Shown: positions 24,950 through 37,426, counted from the whole stretch's first letter. The stretch is 63,074 nucleotides of DNA, filler included, from Reclinomonas americana ATCC 50394 (GCA_048213135.1; 15 parts of 9 records of this genome joined end to end with filler, not necessarily neighbours in it), one strand, 5' to 3'. Numbers and translations: made by a program. The notes: a model not told the origin generated them from the letters alone.

Positions 24950-27468
24950 CTATCGGTTCTGCGGCCGACCACGACCACCGGCTGGTGGGCCGGAGGAGGA
25001 GGCGGCTGGTGCGGCGGCCGAAGGCGCCTGCTGTGTCTTCTGATAGGCGCTGAGCCAGTTGCGCTGCTTCTCCTCTGTCTGCCGAATGGTGAACGCGGTG
25101 TGCTCGTTCATGGCCACGCGGATGTCGACCACTTCCTTCAACATGCCTACTCACACGCACTGCTAAGCGACCGGACTCTCCCACAAACAGAACAGCAGCA
25201 CTGACCGCAAAACACTGCCCACACGCCACCGCGCTGTCCGGCCTCGTTGGCCAACACCTGCGCGTCCTTCTGAATCTCGTGAAGCAACGACGTGCCGAGC
25301 TGCGCTCGATCAAAAGAAAGCAAGAAACAGTCAGTGACAATGGTCAGGCGCAGGAGTAAAAAAACAGACACATACTCGAACCTCCAGCAGTTGCAGGGGC
25401 GACAGGTGACGGTTCCGCGGATTGAGGTACTTGATGTCGGCCTCGGTGGTGCGCTGCCAGATGGAGAGCACGCGCGAGAACACCTCCTGTGCCTCCGGCG
25501 ACGAGAGCAAGATCTCGTCATCTGACAACACAATGTGCTCAAACTCGTCGGCAATGTCGGCCGTCTCGTCCAGTGCCTCCGCCGTCTCCGGCACATCAAT
25601 GGCCGACACGTCGCGCAATTGCTGTGCCCGGAGTCAGTTTGGTGAGTGGAGCCCGTCACATCTCTGTCTTGTATCATGTGAGAGACGCAACCTCCTCCAC
25701 GGCGCCGCGCTGCTTCATGGACCACAGAATCTTCTTTGCACGGGCCAACTCTGCTTCCCTCTCGTCCAGCTCCAAGTTCAAGTTCTGTGACAGAGTTGGC
25801 ACACATCGATCAAACACACCGGCTCGGCACCTCCCTCACCTCCACGTCCTCGGCAAACGTGTCAAACTGCGCCAGCTGTTCTCGCAGCATGGCCACTTCA
25901 CGCTCCAACTGTCGGTGCGACGACACATGAGACAACGAAGCGCAACCTCTCCTACCTCTCGCTGTTCACGGCCACTCACCCGCTCGTTGGCCTTTTGCAG
26001 CTCCTCGTTCTCGGTACGCACCGTGACACTCTCCTCGGCCACCATCTGCAGCGTCTTGGAGCCCTGCTCAATCTCGGTCTCGATCCGCGTCACCTCCGCC
26101 TCCAGCTCGCGACTCTCGTGATCGGTGCCCTTCAGCCGCTCAATCTCCGCTCGATACGCATCCACCTCACGCAGCAGCTCCTCCGCACGGTCCTGCAACC
26201 GCTTGTGCGCCTTGTTGTTGTGCTGCGCATATATCAGCATGGTCAGCGGAGGCGATCATCACCTCGTGTCGCGAAATGAACGCGCTGTTTCACCTCAATC
26301 GCCTGCAACTGCGACGTCAACTGCGCATTCTGCTCCTCCAACAGCTCGCGTCGCTGCTGGCACATGAACTCCGACTCTTGCACCGAATGCAGCTGATCGC
26401 GCAACTCCCGGTTCTCTCTCCGCTGCTCATCGAGCTTCTCCGTGAGCACCACCTGTAGATGGGAGTGAGTGGTGCACACAAGCGCAACAGTGTTCACGAA
26501 AAGGAACGCGAATCACCGTGTCGGTGTCGGCCATGGAGGCAACAGCAGTCACCAGGAACAACCCGGCCTCTGACGAATGACGACAAGTTGTGAGTCAGAA
26601 ACGAAGATGATGATGATGACGATGAATGACGAAAGGTCAACTCGCACGCACCAAGTGCCGCACGCAGCGACGCCGACAGCTCACCAGACGCTGCGCGTAC
26701 GAGGACAACACACATAGAGAGAGCGCGCGAGATGTGTGACGACATGTCCGTGTGCGCACGCAAGAGACAACACCTTGCCCCACTCTCGCACTCACCCTCA
26801 TGGTGCTTGCCAAACACATCCTGATGCAGTCGCGCCAACCGCTTGATCTCCGCCTGCGCCTGTGCCACACTCGTCACTTGCGTTGTCGTCGAAGTTGTCT
26901 GCTGCTGCTGTTGCTGTTGTTGTTGCCGCTCAGCCGCCGCCGAGTGACGTGCCATGGCCTCGGCCAGACGTCCCTTACGCTGCGGCGTGCCCAGTGCATC
27001 CAACACGGGCGGGATCACTCCATCATCATCATCATCATCATCTCCCACAAGATCATCATCATCATCATCCTCTGCTGCTGCTGGCGGTGGTGGCGGCGGC
27101 TGTGGCAACGACAGTGTGTTTGGAGGCGAGGCCACAGCCACGGCCACGGCGACCTTTGGCGCCGCAGCCACTGCCACACGCGATGACGATGATGCAGTCA
27201 CTGGCGGCAACATAAAGTCGCCACTGCCCGCATGATGAGGATCGTCGTTGATGACTGTGCCGGCGTAGCGCATGGCCGAGCGGCGATTGGAGGGAATGCC
27301 ACTGCCGGTGGCGTCGTCGGTGAGCTCTATTCTGCGTCCGCTGTCGTCGTCGCCGGTGCGCGACGAGAAGGCCGGTGAGGACGGCAGTGGCGAGTCCAGT
27401 GGACCGACAGACGCGGCTGCGGCGGCTGCGGCTGCGGCGGCTGTACCACGTGGTGCGCGCTCCGTCAT
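24950..27468 (-). CDS. Uncharacterised coiled-coil protein with a low-complexity N-terminus
   Basis: GT-AG exons with heptads (LTEKLDEQRRENRELRDQL; LEAEVTRIETEIEQG); stop at 24950. Confidence 0.7.
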
Positions 27469-27543
27469 GTGCTTGGGAGAGAAGAGATTCATAGGACGCT
27501 CGGAAGGACAACTTTCGTTGCGGGAGCAAAGGAGCGCGCCACG

Positions 27544-28595
27544 ATGACGCACAACTTTGAGCGTGATGTGTGGTGGAAGGAGGGCCTGTTGACGGCTGGA
27601 GTCGGTGTGCTGTTTGGCGTGACCAACGCCGTGGTCGGATCTCCTTTTGATGTGATCAAGGTTCGACTTCGTGCTCTCTTTCCCTTGCTCTCTCGCTGCT
27701 GTCTGCTGACACTGTGTGTGTGTGCGTGTGCGTGTTGGCGTGCAGAGTAAGGTTCGCTTCCCGTGGCACACTCACTGACACACATACACGCGCGCGAAAT
27801 CACTGTCTCAATGTGCGCACATTCCCAGATGCAAGCGCAGGCCGAGTTCATGCGCAGCAATCTCGGCATGACAAGTGTGGCCCGACTCATCTGGAAGGGC
27901 GAGGTGCGCGTGTGTGGTCTCTCTTGCATGCGTGGAGCCTTGACTTGTACTGATGATCACCTCCGACACAGGGCGTTCGCGGCTTTTTCCGCGGGTGCGT
28001 GTTTTTTTTTTTTCCTTTTTGTGTCCCCTGTGTTCTGCATGTTGCTGAGTGAGTCGTGCGGGCGCAGGGTCGTACCACCGATGATGGGCAGCGGCATCTA
28101 TCGATCGCTGCAGTTTGCGGCCTTTGAGGCCTTGTACACCAAGTGGAATCATGGGCTGTGGTTATCGACCATCCCGTTTTCCGGTGGTCTGGAGGTGCGT
28201 GATGGAGTGTGTCGGCGCGTACACTCACCTTCCTGCTGGAGTGCCTGAGTCCGTGCTTGTCTTCTGACCAGTTGCGTGTGCTGGCGGGCGGCATCGCGTC
28301 GGCCACGTCGCGTGTCATTGTGGAGAGCCCTGTGGAGTACATCAAGGGTCTGCCGCTGCGAGTCTCGCATGCCGTGTGAGGCGAGCGAATGACGCTCACC
28401 ACGTGACTCGTCGCAGTGAAACGGCAGACAGGTCAGACGTGGCACTTACGCGAGGTGTATCAAGGTGGGGGAAGGAGAACGAGGAAGGGTGAAAACATCA
28501 GTGTGTTCACTCACTCTCTTCTCATGCCACAGGCTTCACCATGCAGTGGGGCCGCACATGCGGCCTCATGACCACCTACTTTGTGTTATTTGACT
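27544..28595 (+). CDS. Mitochondrial carrier (SLC25) family protein, 3' partial
   Basis: Signatures PFDVIK|SK|MQ and PVEYIK|VKRQ; GE|GVRGFFRG|VVPPMMG; YQ|GF. Confidence 0.93.
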
Positions 28596-28701
28596 NNNNN
28601 NNNNNNNNNNNNNNNNNNNNNNNNNNNNNNNNNNNNNNNTTAATTAATTAANNNNNNNNNNNNNNNNNNNNNNNNNNNNNNNNNNNNNNNNNNNNCGCTG
28701 G

Positions 28702-29983
28702 CTCACTCGGCGGGCGGTAGTAGCGGTATCTCCTCTCCCGCTGGTGCTGCTGAGGCGGAGGACTCACCAGCGCCCCTCGCGATCTCCAATTCGCGCGTCA
28801 ACTTGGCCACTTGCCTGGCCAGCTCCAGTTCCCGCGTCAGTGTCGCGACTTGATTCGTCAGCTCCTCGTTTCGCCTCTGCAGCGCCGTAATCTGATCGCG
28901 CTGCAGCGCGATCGTGTTGACAAGATCGCGGTGGAACTTGGTCGGCTGCGCACAGAATCAGTGCAAGCCTTCATGCACGCACGAGATACACACACACGCA
29001 CCTGGATGGAGACCATGTGCTGCTGCTGTTGCTGCTGTTGCGTCAGCTGTTGCTGCGGTTGACCGGCAGGTGGCGGCTCAAACGTCGCCCGGCTAATGAG
29101 CCCATCCATGGAGCCAAAGTCATCGAGGCTGCCGACACGCATCAGCGCCATGTAGTTGCCGTGTCCACCATTCGCGCCTTGTCCAGCAGCACCGCCACCC
29201 GCGGCCCACGCATCATCCGCACTCCGATGATGATGCGGCATACCAAACGACGGGACCTTGCATACAAGAAAAGGAATCGGCAAAGGGAACACGAGGCCGA
29301 CAGCAGCGAGGCCAGGAGCATACCTTTTGCAAGGCCACCGAGGAAGGCACCGGCAAGTATGCGCTCGATCCTGTCAGAGAGTGAGGCGGACGTGGCACAA
29401 CAACAGCAGCAGCTGAGAGACGCACCGAGCAAGCTGCCACCCATCAAGTACTGCGAGGTGTTACGAGGTGGCGGAGGCACCACATTCTTCAGATCACGCG
29501 CACGCACCACATGCTGCCTCCTGTTACGCACACACGCACACACACACACAGCAGACGAAGCTCAACACAAAATGATCAATAACCGGAAGAATGTCGCAAG
29601 TAAACCTCTTGCGCAAGTGATTCTGTCGCTCCTGCTCCTTGGTGAGCAGGCGCCGCTCCTCGGCGTCCTCCAGTGCCTTGGCATCGGTCCATGTCTTCGG
29701 CTGCAAACGCGTGAGACAGAGACAGAGACAGAGAGCGCGCGCGCAAAGTGACTCAAGGATCACTCACGGGCACATAGGGCTTCTTGCGATGCCGATTGCG
29801 ATACCGCTGACGATGCTTGCCTGTGAGAGAGCGTGTCACACTCATCAACAAGAGAGAGAGAAAGATGCACATGAACCCACCGCCTCCGTGCTCAGCCGCG
29901 CGCTTCTCACTGACCACCTGTGCACTGCGCACAAGCTCGCCTCCTACTACTGGTGGTGTGCCTGGAGCTGCATCTGCCTCCAT
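28702..29983 (-). CDS. HEXIM-like protein (basic RNA-binding region, PxNT motif, C-terminal coiled coil)
   Basis: Exons 29983-29881, 29820-29768, 29700-29606, 29520-29426, 29370-29324, ~29256-29002 and ~28945-28702 give GKHRQRYRNRHRKKPYVPPKTWTDAKALEDAEERR..PPPPRNTSQYLM..DDFGSMDGLI..LQRDQITALQRRNEELTNQVATLTRELEL. Confidence 0.7.
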
Positions 29984-30063
29984 GTTCTTTCTCGCACAAT
30001 GAGTGACAATCTCGCGCACAGCAGTCTTTGTCCATTGTTTGTTTGTGTTTTGTGTGTGTTGCA
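29984..30063. promoter_or_regulatory. 80-bp bidirectional promoter/5'UTR region between HEXIM-like gene and SPT5
   Basis: ATG 29983 (-) and ATG 30064 (+) with no gap between them. Confidence 0.65.
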
Positions 30064-33000
30064 ATGAGCAGTGACGAGGAGAACGACGAGGCGTGGCAGG
30101 ATGATGACGACGACGATGATGATGTCGATGATGAGGAGGAGGATGAGCGAGGTGCGTGAGATGGCCTCCACAAACAAACAAACACGCACACTCGCGCACG
30201 CACGCAGGGAGAGCGGCGTGTGAGCAATGCACACTGTGTGCGTGTGTGTGTATGTGTGCATGTGGCTGTGAGCGAGAAGAAGAGCGCGTGAGTTTTGTGT
30301 GTGTGTGCGCGCGCAATGTTGAGTTGTCTTTGTGCGTGTGCGTGTGTGCAGCGCGCCCTGTGAAACGTGCCAAGACAAGTGCGACCAAGAAGAGCAAGAG
30401 TGCACGTGGTGGCAAAGGTCGCGGCGGTGGTGGTGCTGGTGGTGCTGGAGGAAGTGCGGCAGGTGGTCTTGGTGGCATGTTTGTGAATGTGGAGGCGGAG
30501 GCGAGTGAGGACGACGAGGACGATGAGGATGAGGAGGATATGGATGATGAGATTGAGGCGGATGAGATTGTCAAGGTGGAAATCGACCTCTGTGTGAAGG
30601 CGACACAGAGACAGAGAGAGAGAGAGACTGATTGTTGTGTTTGACAGGATTTCATTGTGCCCAATGATCGGCGACCGCGGCGGCAGAAGAAGAAGCATGG
30701 AGGGCGTGGGGATGAGGAGGATGAGGATGAGCCGTCGTTGTTGGAGCTGCTGCGGCAGCGGCGAGAGGATGATGATGCGGTGGGCGGACCGGGCATTCGT
30801 GGTATCGATTCGGTCATTCAGCGCCTTCAGAGTCGTGGCGACGACGACGAGGACGAGGATGATGTCATGGCGATGGATGGTGCGTGGGGGACACCGAGGG
30901 AGTGAGAGGAGGGATGCAGGGCCGGCTTGCTGATCTGTGTGCGTGCGTGTGCAGAGATTGACGAGGAGGAAGAGGCGGAGCTGGATAGGCGAGATCAGGT
31001 CGACTATCCGACCCCACACGACCCGAAACTGTTTATTATCAAGTGCAAGGTGTGTTTTTGTGTGTTGGTGGTGCCACTCGTGTCCTCCACCATGCTCACA
31101 CACACGCGTGCGCGCGCGTAGCCCGGCATTGAGCGCGAGGTGACGATGCGATTGATGGCCAAGGCGTCGCGCATGATTGCGGCGAATGGCGGCGAGTTGC
31201 CACCCCGTTGCATCACCTCTGTGGTGGCTCTCGACGCCATGACGGGTCGCATCTACGTCGAAGGACCCAACGACGAAGTCGTCAAGGAGGTGTGTGTGTT
31301 GTGATTTAGTCTTCGTCGCCGTGTGTGTGTGGCCGGCCTCCTCACGTGCGCCGTCGATGCACACAGTTCCTGCGTGGTGTGCGCGACTTGTCGACGTGGA
31401 ACATGCAACTGGTGCCGGTGGACGAGCGTGTGGCCGGCGTCAGTGTCGGCTCCAAGAAAGTTGTAACGGCGTTGAAGGACGGCCAGTGGGTGCGCTTCAA
31501 CCGCGGTGTCAACAAGGGCGATCTGCTGCTGGTGATGCAATACGACGCGGTCCGCCAAATGGCCACGGTGAGGTTCGTACCGCGTGTGGACCCGCTCGAG
31601 GATCAGAAGCGGCAGGCTGCGGCGGCGGCTGCGGCTGCGGCGGGTCGCAGCACGAAGAAGCGAGGGCGCGCCGTTCGTCCACCACCGAGAATGGCAATTC
31701 GTTCCGACTTTGACGCATCGACGTATGCGGTGGAGCCGAAGCCTGATGGGGGGTTTTCGTGGCATCACCACTCGTTCGACAAGGATGGCTACGAGATCAA
31801 GACTGTATCGATCAAGGTGCGGCTGGTGGGGAAAGGGAGGGATGGGAGGGGGAGAGAGAAAAGGAGGGACAGAGAATGATTGACAATATCATCAGTCGGT
31901 ACTCTGGTCTGTGTGGCTTTCTTTTGCTCTCTCTGTATGTGTGGGTAGGAACGAGTTGAGGGGGAGAGGGAGTGGGTGAGAGTTAAGAGGGGAAGCGAGC
32001 GCCTGAGAGAGGGATAGAGATTGTGGCAGTGGTACAGCATCTGTTCTTGGTGCTTCGTTGTGGTCTTTCTCTCTGCGCATGTTTAAGGAAGAAAGAGTTG
32101 AGAGGACGAGGGAAAGGACGTGTGTGCGAGAAAGAGAGAGTGCGGCACATCGTCGTTGCTTGGTGCCTTTGTCTGCGCGCTCTCCATACGTGTGCGTTTG
32201 TATGAAAATGAGAGGGATGGTGATCGTAGTATTAGTTCAGTCAATCGGTGCCCTGGTTTCTCTCTCTCTCTCTCTTCATGTGCAAGTGTGTGTGTTCATG
32301 TCTGTGCGTGACAGAGAGAAAGTGGTGCAGGGTCAGTCAATCTGTTCCTTTGTCTGTCTGTCCTGTCTCTCTCTCTCTCTCACTTTCTCTCTCTCTCTCT
32401 CTTTCCCTCTCTCCACTTTCCCCCGCTCCCCCTCTCCCTCCTTCTCATTTGTGTGCACCCCTCTCACACCGTCCATCACACAGACACTGGAGACGAGGAA
32501 TGTGGAGCCGGCACTCGATGAAATGAAGAGATTCCACGAGGGTGCGGTGGCCAGCGCGGCTGCGGACAAGGGCTCGGGACAGAGCACGCGTGACATGCTG
32601 GCGCGCTCGGCGGTGAAGCGTCAGATTGTCTTTAGCACCGGCGACTCGGTCATTGTGACGTCGGGTCAGTACAAGAACCTGTCGGGCGTGGTGCAGGCCG
32701 TCGACAAGGACACTGTGTCTATCATTCCCGCCGCTGGCTCACAGTTGCCTGTTGCGTATCTTGCTTGCTATTCTGATTCCCCTGTGCGCGTCGTGCTTAC
32801 AAAATGCTGGCGGTTGCAGGGCTCGATTGTGGTGGAGAAATCCTTGATCGACAAGTACTTCCAGAAGGGCGACTCGGTCAAGGTGCTGGCTGGCCGCTAC
32901 GCGGGCGAAACCGGTATGGTCATCAAGGTGGAAACCACACGTGGTGTCACAGTGGTCACCGTGCAGAGCGACTTGTCGACCGAGAAGACGGTGCGTTTGT

Positions 33001-35925
33001 TTCTCTTGTGCTCAGCGACGTACGGCACCTGATGATGATTGCGATGCAGATGGAAGTGTTTGCCGCCGACTTGAAGTTGTCGCGCGATACCTCTACCGGT
33101 GTCGAATCGGCCGGCAAGTTTGCGTTGCATGATTTGGTGCAGTTGGAGTTGCGTATTGTCTGCGAACCCCCCATGGTGTTGGTCATCGACTGATGGTGAC
33201 GGCGCAGTCCCGAGATGTGGGGCATCGTGGTTCGCTTCCAGACGGGAGTCATTGGCGTGATGAATGTGCACGGCGAGGTCATTGAGAAGACGCCGGCTGA
33301 GCTGGAGTTGAGACGCGGCAAGGACTATGCGATTGACCATACCAAGAACCAGTTCCGCCAGAATGACATTGTGCGTGTCGTCGAAGGGCCGAACAAGGTT
33401 TCGTTCCCGCCCGACTGCATCGCATGGTGAGTATTGTTGTAACCCGCGCTGCTGTGCAGGGTCGTCAAGGCACCGTGAAGCACATTTACAGGGCCTGGGT
33501 GTTTGTGCACTCGCGGGAGGTGCCAGACAATGGCGGTGTGTTTGTCGTGCGCTCGCACAATGTGCAAGTGCAGGGCGGAAGAGCAGACAGCAGTGCAAGT
33601 CGCGGAGCCGGTAGTTCAATGGGACCGCCGTCGGCGATGGGTGGTGGTCGCGGCGCAGGTCGTGGTCGTGGTGCTTTCGGTAGGAGCGCGACCGCCCTCT
33701 TTTGTTGTCCCACGTGTTCGTTTGCTCACAGTGTGTGTCATTTGTTGCAGGCGGGCGCTTCGGCAGGGACGAGTTCTTGTACAAGAAAGTGCGCATCAAG
33801 GGACCCCATCAGTTCAAGGTATGTCGGCAGTGCGGCGCGATCGCGGTTGTGTTCACTCGCACATTCTCACACTCCGGTGGCGGTGCGGTAGGGCTACGCC
33901 GGCATGGTCAAGGCCGTCAACGACGACATGTGCACGGTGGAACTTGAATCTGTTTTCCGATCTGTCAATGTGCCGCGTGACAAGCTGCTCTTGGTCAATG
34001 CGTTGCGTACGATGAGTGATGCCACAGCAAGGGTTGACGCCGCTCACAGCTATGTGTGCATGCGTGTTGCAGAGAGCGCACGTCATTTGGTGGTCGCCGC
34101 CCTGGCGAAGACTTTGGTGGCAGTTTCGGCAGCTCAAATATGGACCACGGTGGCTCGATGGGATCGTGGATGCCTCCGCGCACACCGTTGCACGATGGTT
34201 CCGGTGCGTACAATAGTAACCCTCGTGTTGTTGCCGGCAGCTGTGTGTCCCTGTTTGCTTACCATATTCTCTATCCTCTCGCGCACAGCTACGCCCATGC
34301 GCGAAGATGGATCGTCGACTCCATGGGACCCGCGTGCTCCCAACACTCCGGCACGGTGTGTCATGTGCAATATGTCGCGCATCTGTTCAAGGACGAGAAA
34401 CTCACGCACCTCCTCCGCATATCGCAGCGACTCAGACGGCGGAGGCGCCATGTGGGACGCCCGCGTGCCGAACACACCGCGTCACCAGTTGCGTATGATG
34501 AGGGAGGGATGGGAAGGGAACTGAAGTGAATGTGCATGTGTGACTCACACTGTGCGTGCGCGTGCCTCGCAGCTCCGATCGCTTCGACTCGCCGTTCGAG
34601 ATGGGAGTTGCGTGGCTGGAGTTGCCCTTGCACTCCCCCTCTTGACGCGTTCGTCTCACAAGTCTTGCCCGCAGACACCGTACTCGTCGTCGACTCCGAG
34701 CATGCGCGGCAACTCGTCGAGCACACCTGTTGGCTCCTTCTCGGCGCCGTCACCGGCGATGAATGCCTACAGCGACTCGTATGACACGGCCTCGACGCCG
34801 ATGAGTGCGGCCACTCCGTCCATGGTGTCGGGCGTCACACCATCGTCGCGACCAATGGCGCACACGCCGGGCATGCCGGGCATGGGTGCACCGACGCCGG
34901 GTCACACGCTGGGTTTCACCGCCACCACACCGAGCTTCTCGGCACACACACCGATGATGGCTCACACGCCGACCATGACGGCACACACCCCGGGCATGGG
35001 TGCACCGACTCCGGGCATGGGTGCGCCGACGCCCACCATGTCGGCACACACCCCCCTGTCGGCGCAGACACCGGGCATTGGCCTGCACTCACATACACCG
35101 GCCATGGGTGGCATTGGTGCTCCGACACCCGCCGTCAGCTTCGGGTACACGCCCAGCGACACGCCGGGTGTTAATGTTCACGGCTACGCGGCGGCCACTC
35201 CCGGCTACCACTTGCCGAGCGCCGCTGCGGCTCCCACACCGGCCTTTGGTGGTTCTGGTCATTACTCCGCCACACCCGCTGTCGGCTACAGCTCTGCGCA
35301 CACACCTGCCGTCGGCTTCAGTTCGTCGCATACGCCCGCCGTCGGCGGCAGCGGCGGATACTCGTCGTACTCACCAGCTCCGGGCGGTTTCCATCCGGCA
35401 GGCTCACCAGAGAGCTACGGAGGGTGAGTGGCTGTGCGGGAGAGTGATGGGGTTTCTGGGTGTGACTTTGCTGCTGACATTCCCTGTGGGTAGTGTGTCG
35501 ACGCCGGGCAGTTCGACCGTGTCGGAGGGTTGGTTGCAGCCGGGCATGGTTGTGGAGTACAATGGGCAGCGTGGAGTTGTCTTGGAGGTCAAGGACGAGT
35601 CGCGATCTTTCAGTGCCAAGGAGTGGATAGCCACCATTCGCACGGTTCGTGCTGGGTGGTGCGATATGTGTGTGTGGTTTCTTAGGTGCTGTGTTTTTCA
35701 TTCTTTCGGTGTGCACAGAGCGACGGCAGGGAGATACTGGCGCCCATTCACGATGTGCGACCGGTGCCGCCAAACAAGATTGGCGACACGGTGGCGGTAC
35801 TGAGTGGTGCACTGGCGGGACGAGTCGGCAAGGTGTTCCGCCTGTCGGCAGCCGACTGCACACTCGACATTAGCGGTCAACATCACACGGTGCACGTGCG
35901 CGATTTGGTGGTTATGGGGCGATAG
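30064..35925 (+). CDS. SPT5: Transcription elongation factor SPT5 (DSIF large subunit)
   Basis: Acidic N-terminus (FVNVEAEASED), NGN (PTPHDPKLFIIKCK|PGIERE..GRIYVEG), multiple KOW motifs (FSTGDSVIVTSG; KYFQKGDSVKVLAGRYAGETG; VRIKGPHQFK|GYAG), TP-rich CTR, C-terminal KOW; TAG 35923-35925. Confidence 0.97.
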
Positions 35926-36332
35926 TTGTGTGAGGGGAGAGATGAGAGGGAGGAGGGAAAGAGGGGAGCGAATGAGAAAATGGACCTATACACACAATAC
36001 GGTAGTTTTGGTGGGATGAAATGCACAGTCTGTTTCTACTCTAACGCCCCCAGCGATTGCCTCCCTTCCGACATGGCTGCGATTCTCAGGATATGTGCCC
36101 CATGTTGTGGAGGTATGCTTTTATTCACTCTAATTACGTGCATGGCGGACTCATGTTGGCCTGTTTCAGGATCTTCGTCGCCTCTACGATTGTACACTCC
36201 ATCTGAACCGGCACCCAGTCAAATTAAGAGGCACTCACATGCCCGACGATCAGCTGCCACCGTTACTGGCTAATAATCGCGTTGGTCCGTGAATTTTCGG
36301 CTGGTTGGCGCAGAGATTTACAGTAGACAAGC

Positions 36333-37426
36333 ATGAGCGGAGGAGGTTCGTGCGACACTGACCCTGCGTCTCCGGCATCTGGCCACGACGACTTCATCGA
36401 AGAAACGCCGCCACGCAGTGCGGCCGCCGGGACAGAAGGTGTTGGCGGCCGCGTTCACTCTCGCGCCATGACCAGTGCTGCACCGATCTGCATGAGCTTC
36501 TCCGAGCACATCGAGCACCATCAACTTCGTTGCGATATCCGGCGAGCGGCGGACGACCGCAACGACGCGCAGCAGCGGCAGCAGCAGCAGCAGCAGCTGA
36601 TCCAACATCAGCGGGGCCCGGGTCTCGTGCAGGCCGAGGCCGTGGCGTCTGAGAACGGTGACCGCGACCGAGTGATGCTGCCCGTGGAGAGCAGCACCGC
36701 CGAGGACCAGATTGTGGCCATCGGCCATCTCAACTTGAAAATGACTCGCTTGAGCGGCGAAATAGACACCCTGAAAGCCGCTTTCAAGCGGCTTGAAACA
36801 GATGTCTCTCGTCTGCACCCGCAAGTTCAACAGCTTCTGGCGGAGCATCAGGGAGGCGCGATGGACAAGCTGCGGGCGATCGCCTTCGGTGCCAGTTCGA
36901 CATTTGTCAGTTTTGCCCGGCGACAGCTGCCTCGGCTGCGCATGGCGTCCGTCGAGGAAGTGATGCGGTCGCTGAAGACGATGAAGACGGTACATGTATC
37001 AAGTGTTGCGCTCGATCCCGCTGCTGTTGGCCTCGTCTTGGACGTTCTCGAGAAGGCCAATGTGCCCTGCGACTCGGCGTTCGACCGCCTCACGCACTTC
37101 AACNNNNNNNNNNNNNNNNNNNNNNNNNNNNNNNNNNNNNNNNNNNNTTAATTAATTAANNNNNNNNNNNNNNNNNNNNNNNNNNNNNNNNNNNNNNNNN
37201 NNNGAACCAGGAGCGCGTGTTGACACACCGACTTGTTGGTGAGTTCCCTCTCTCTCGCTCACTCGCACACAATGTCGCTGACTTCAAGTGCCGTACAGGC
37301 TCGGCACCCACCTACCTGTCGAAGGACCAGGAGGAATCACTGACGCGCCTGGCGGCGGTGGAGGCACGATTGGACACGAGCATTCTCCGTGTGGATAGGG
37401 CGCTCGTAATCTTTGAACAATTGTAG
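36333..37426 (+). CDS. Hypothetical protein with short coiled coils, spans a gap
   Basis: 250-codon open frame to the gap, then exons ending SILRVDRALVIFEQL*. Confidence 0.5.

Noticed and set aside
34780..35400. TP-rich repeats in SPT5 as a novel element
   Set aside because: This is the expected SPT5 C-terminal repeat region.
30064..35925. Alternative genetic code or stop readthrough
   Set aside because: Apparent in-frame stops fall in GT-AG introns, and TAA, TAG and TGA all terminate genes in this window.
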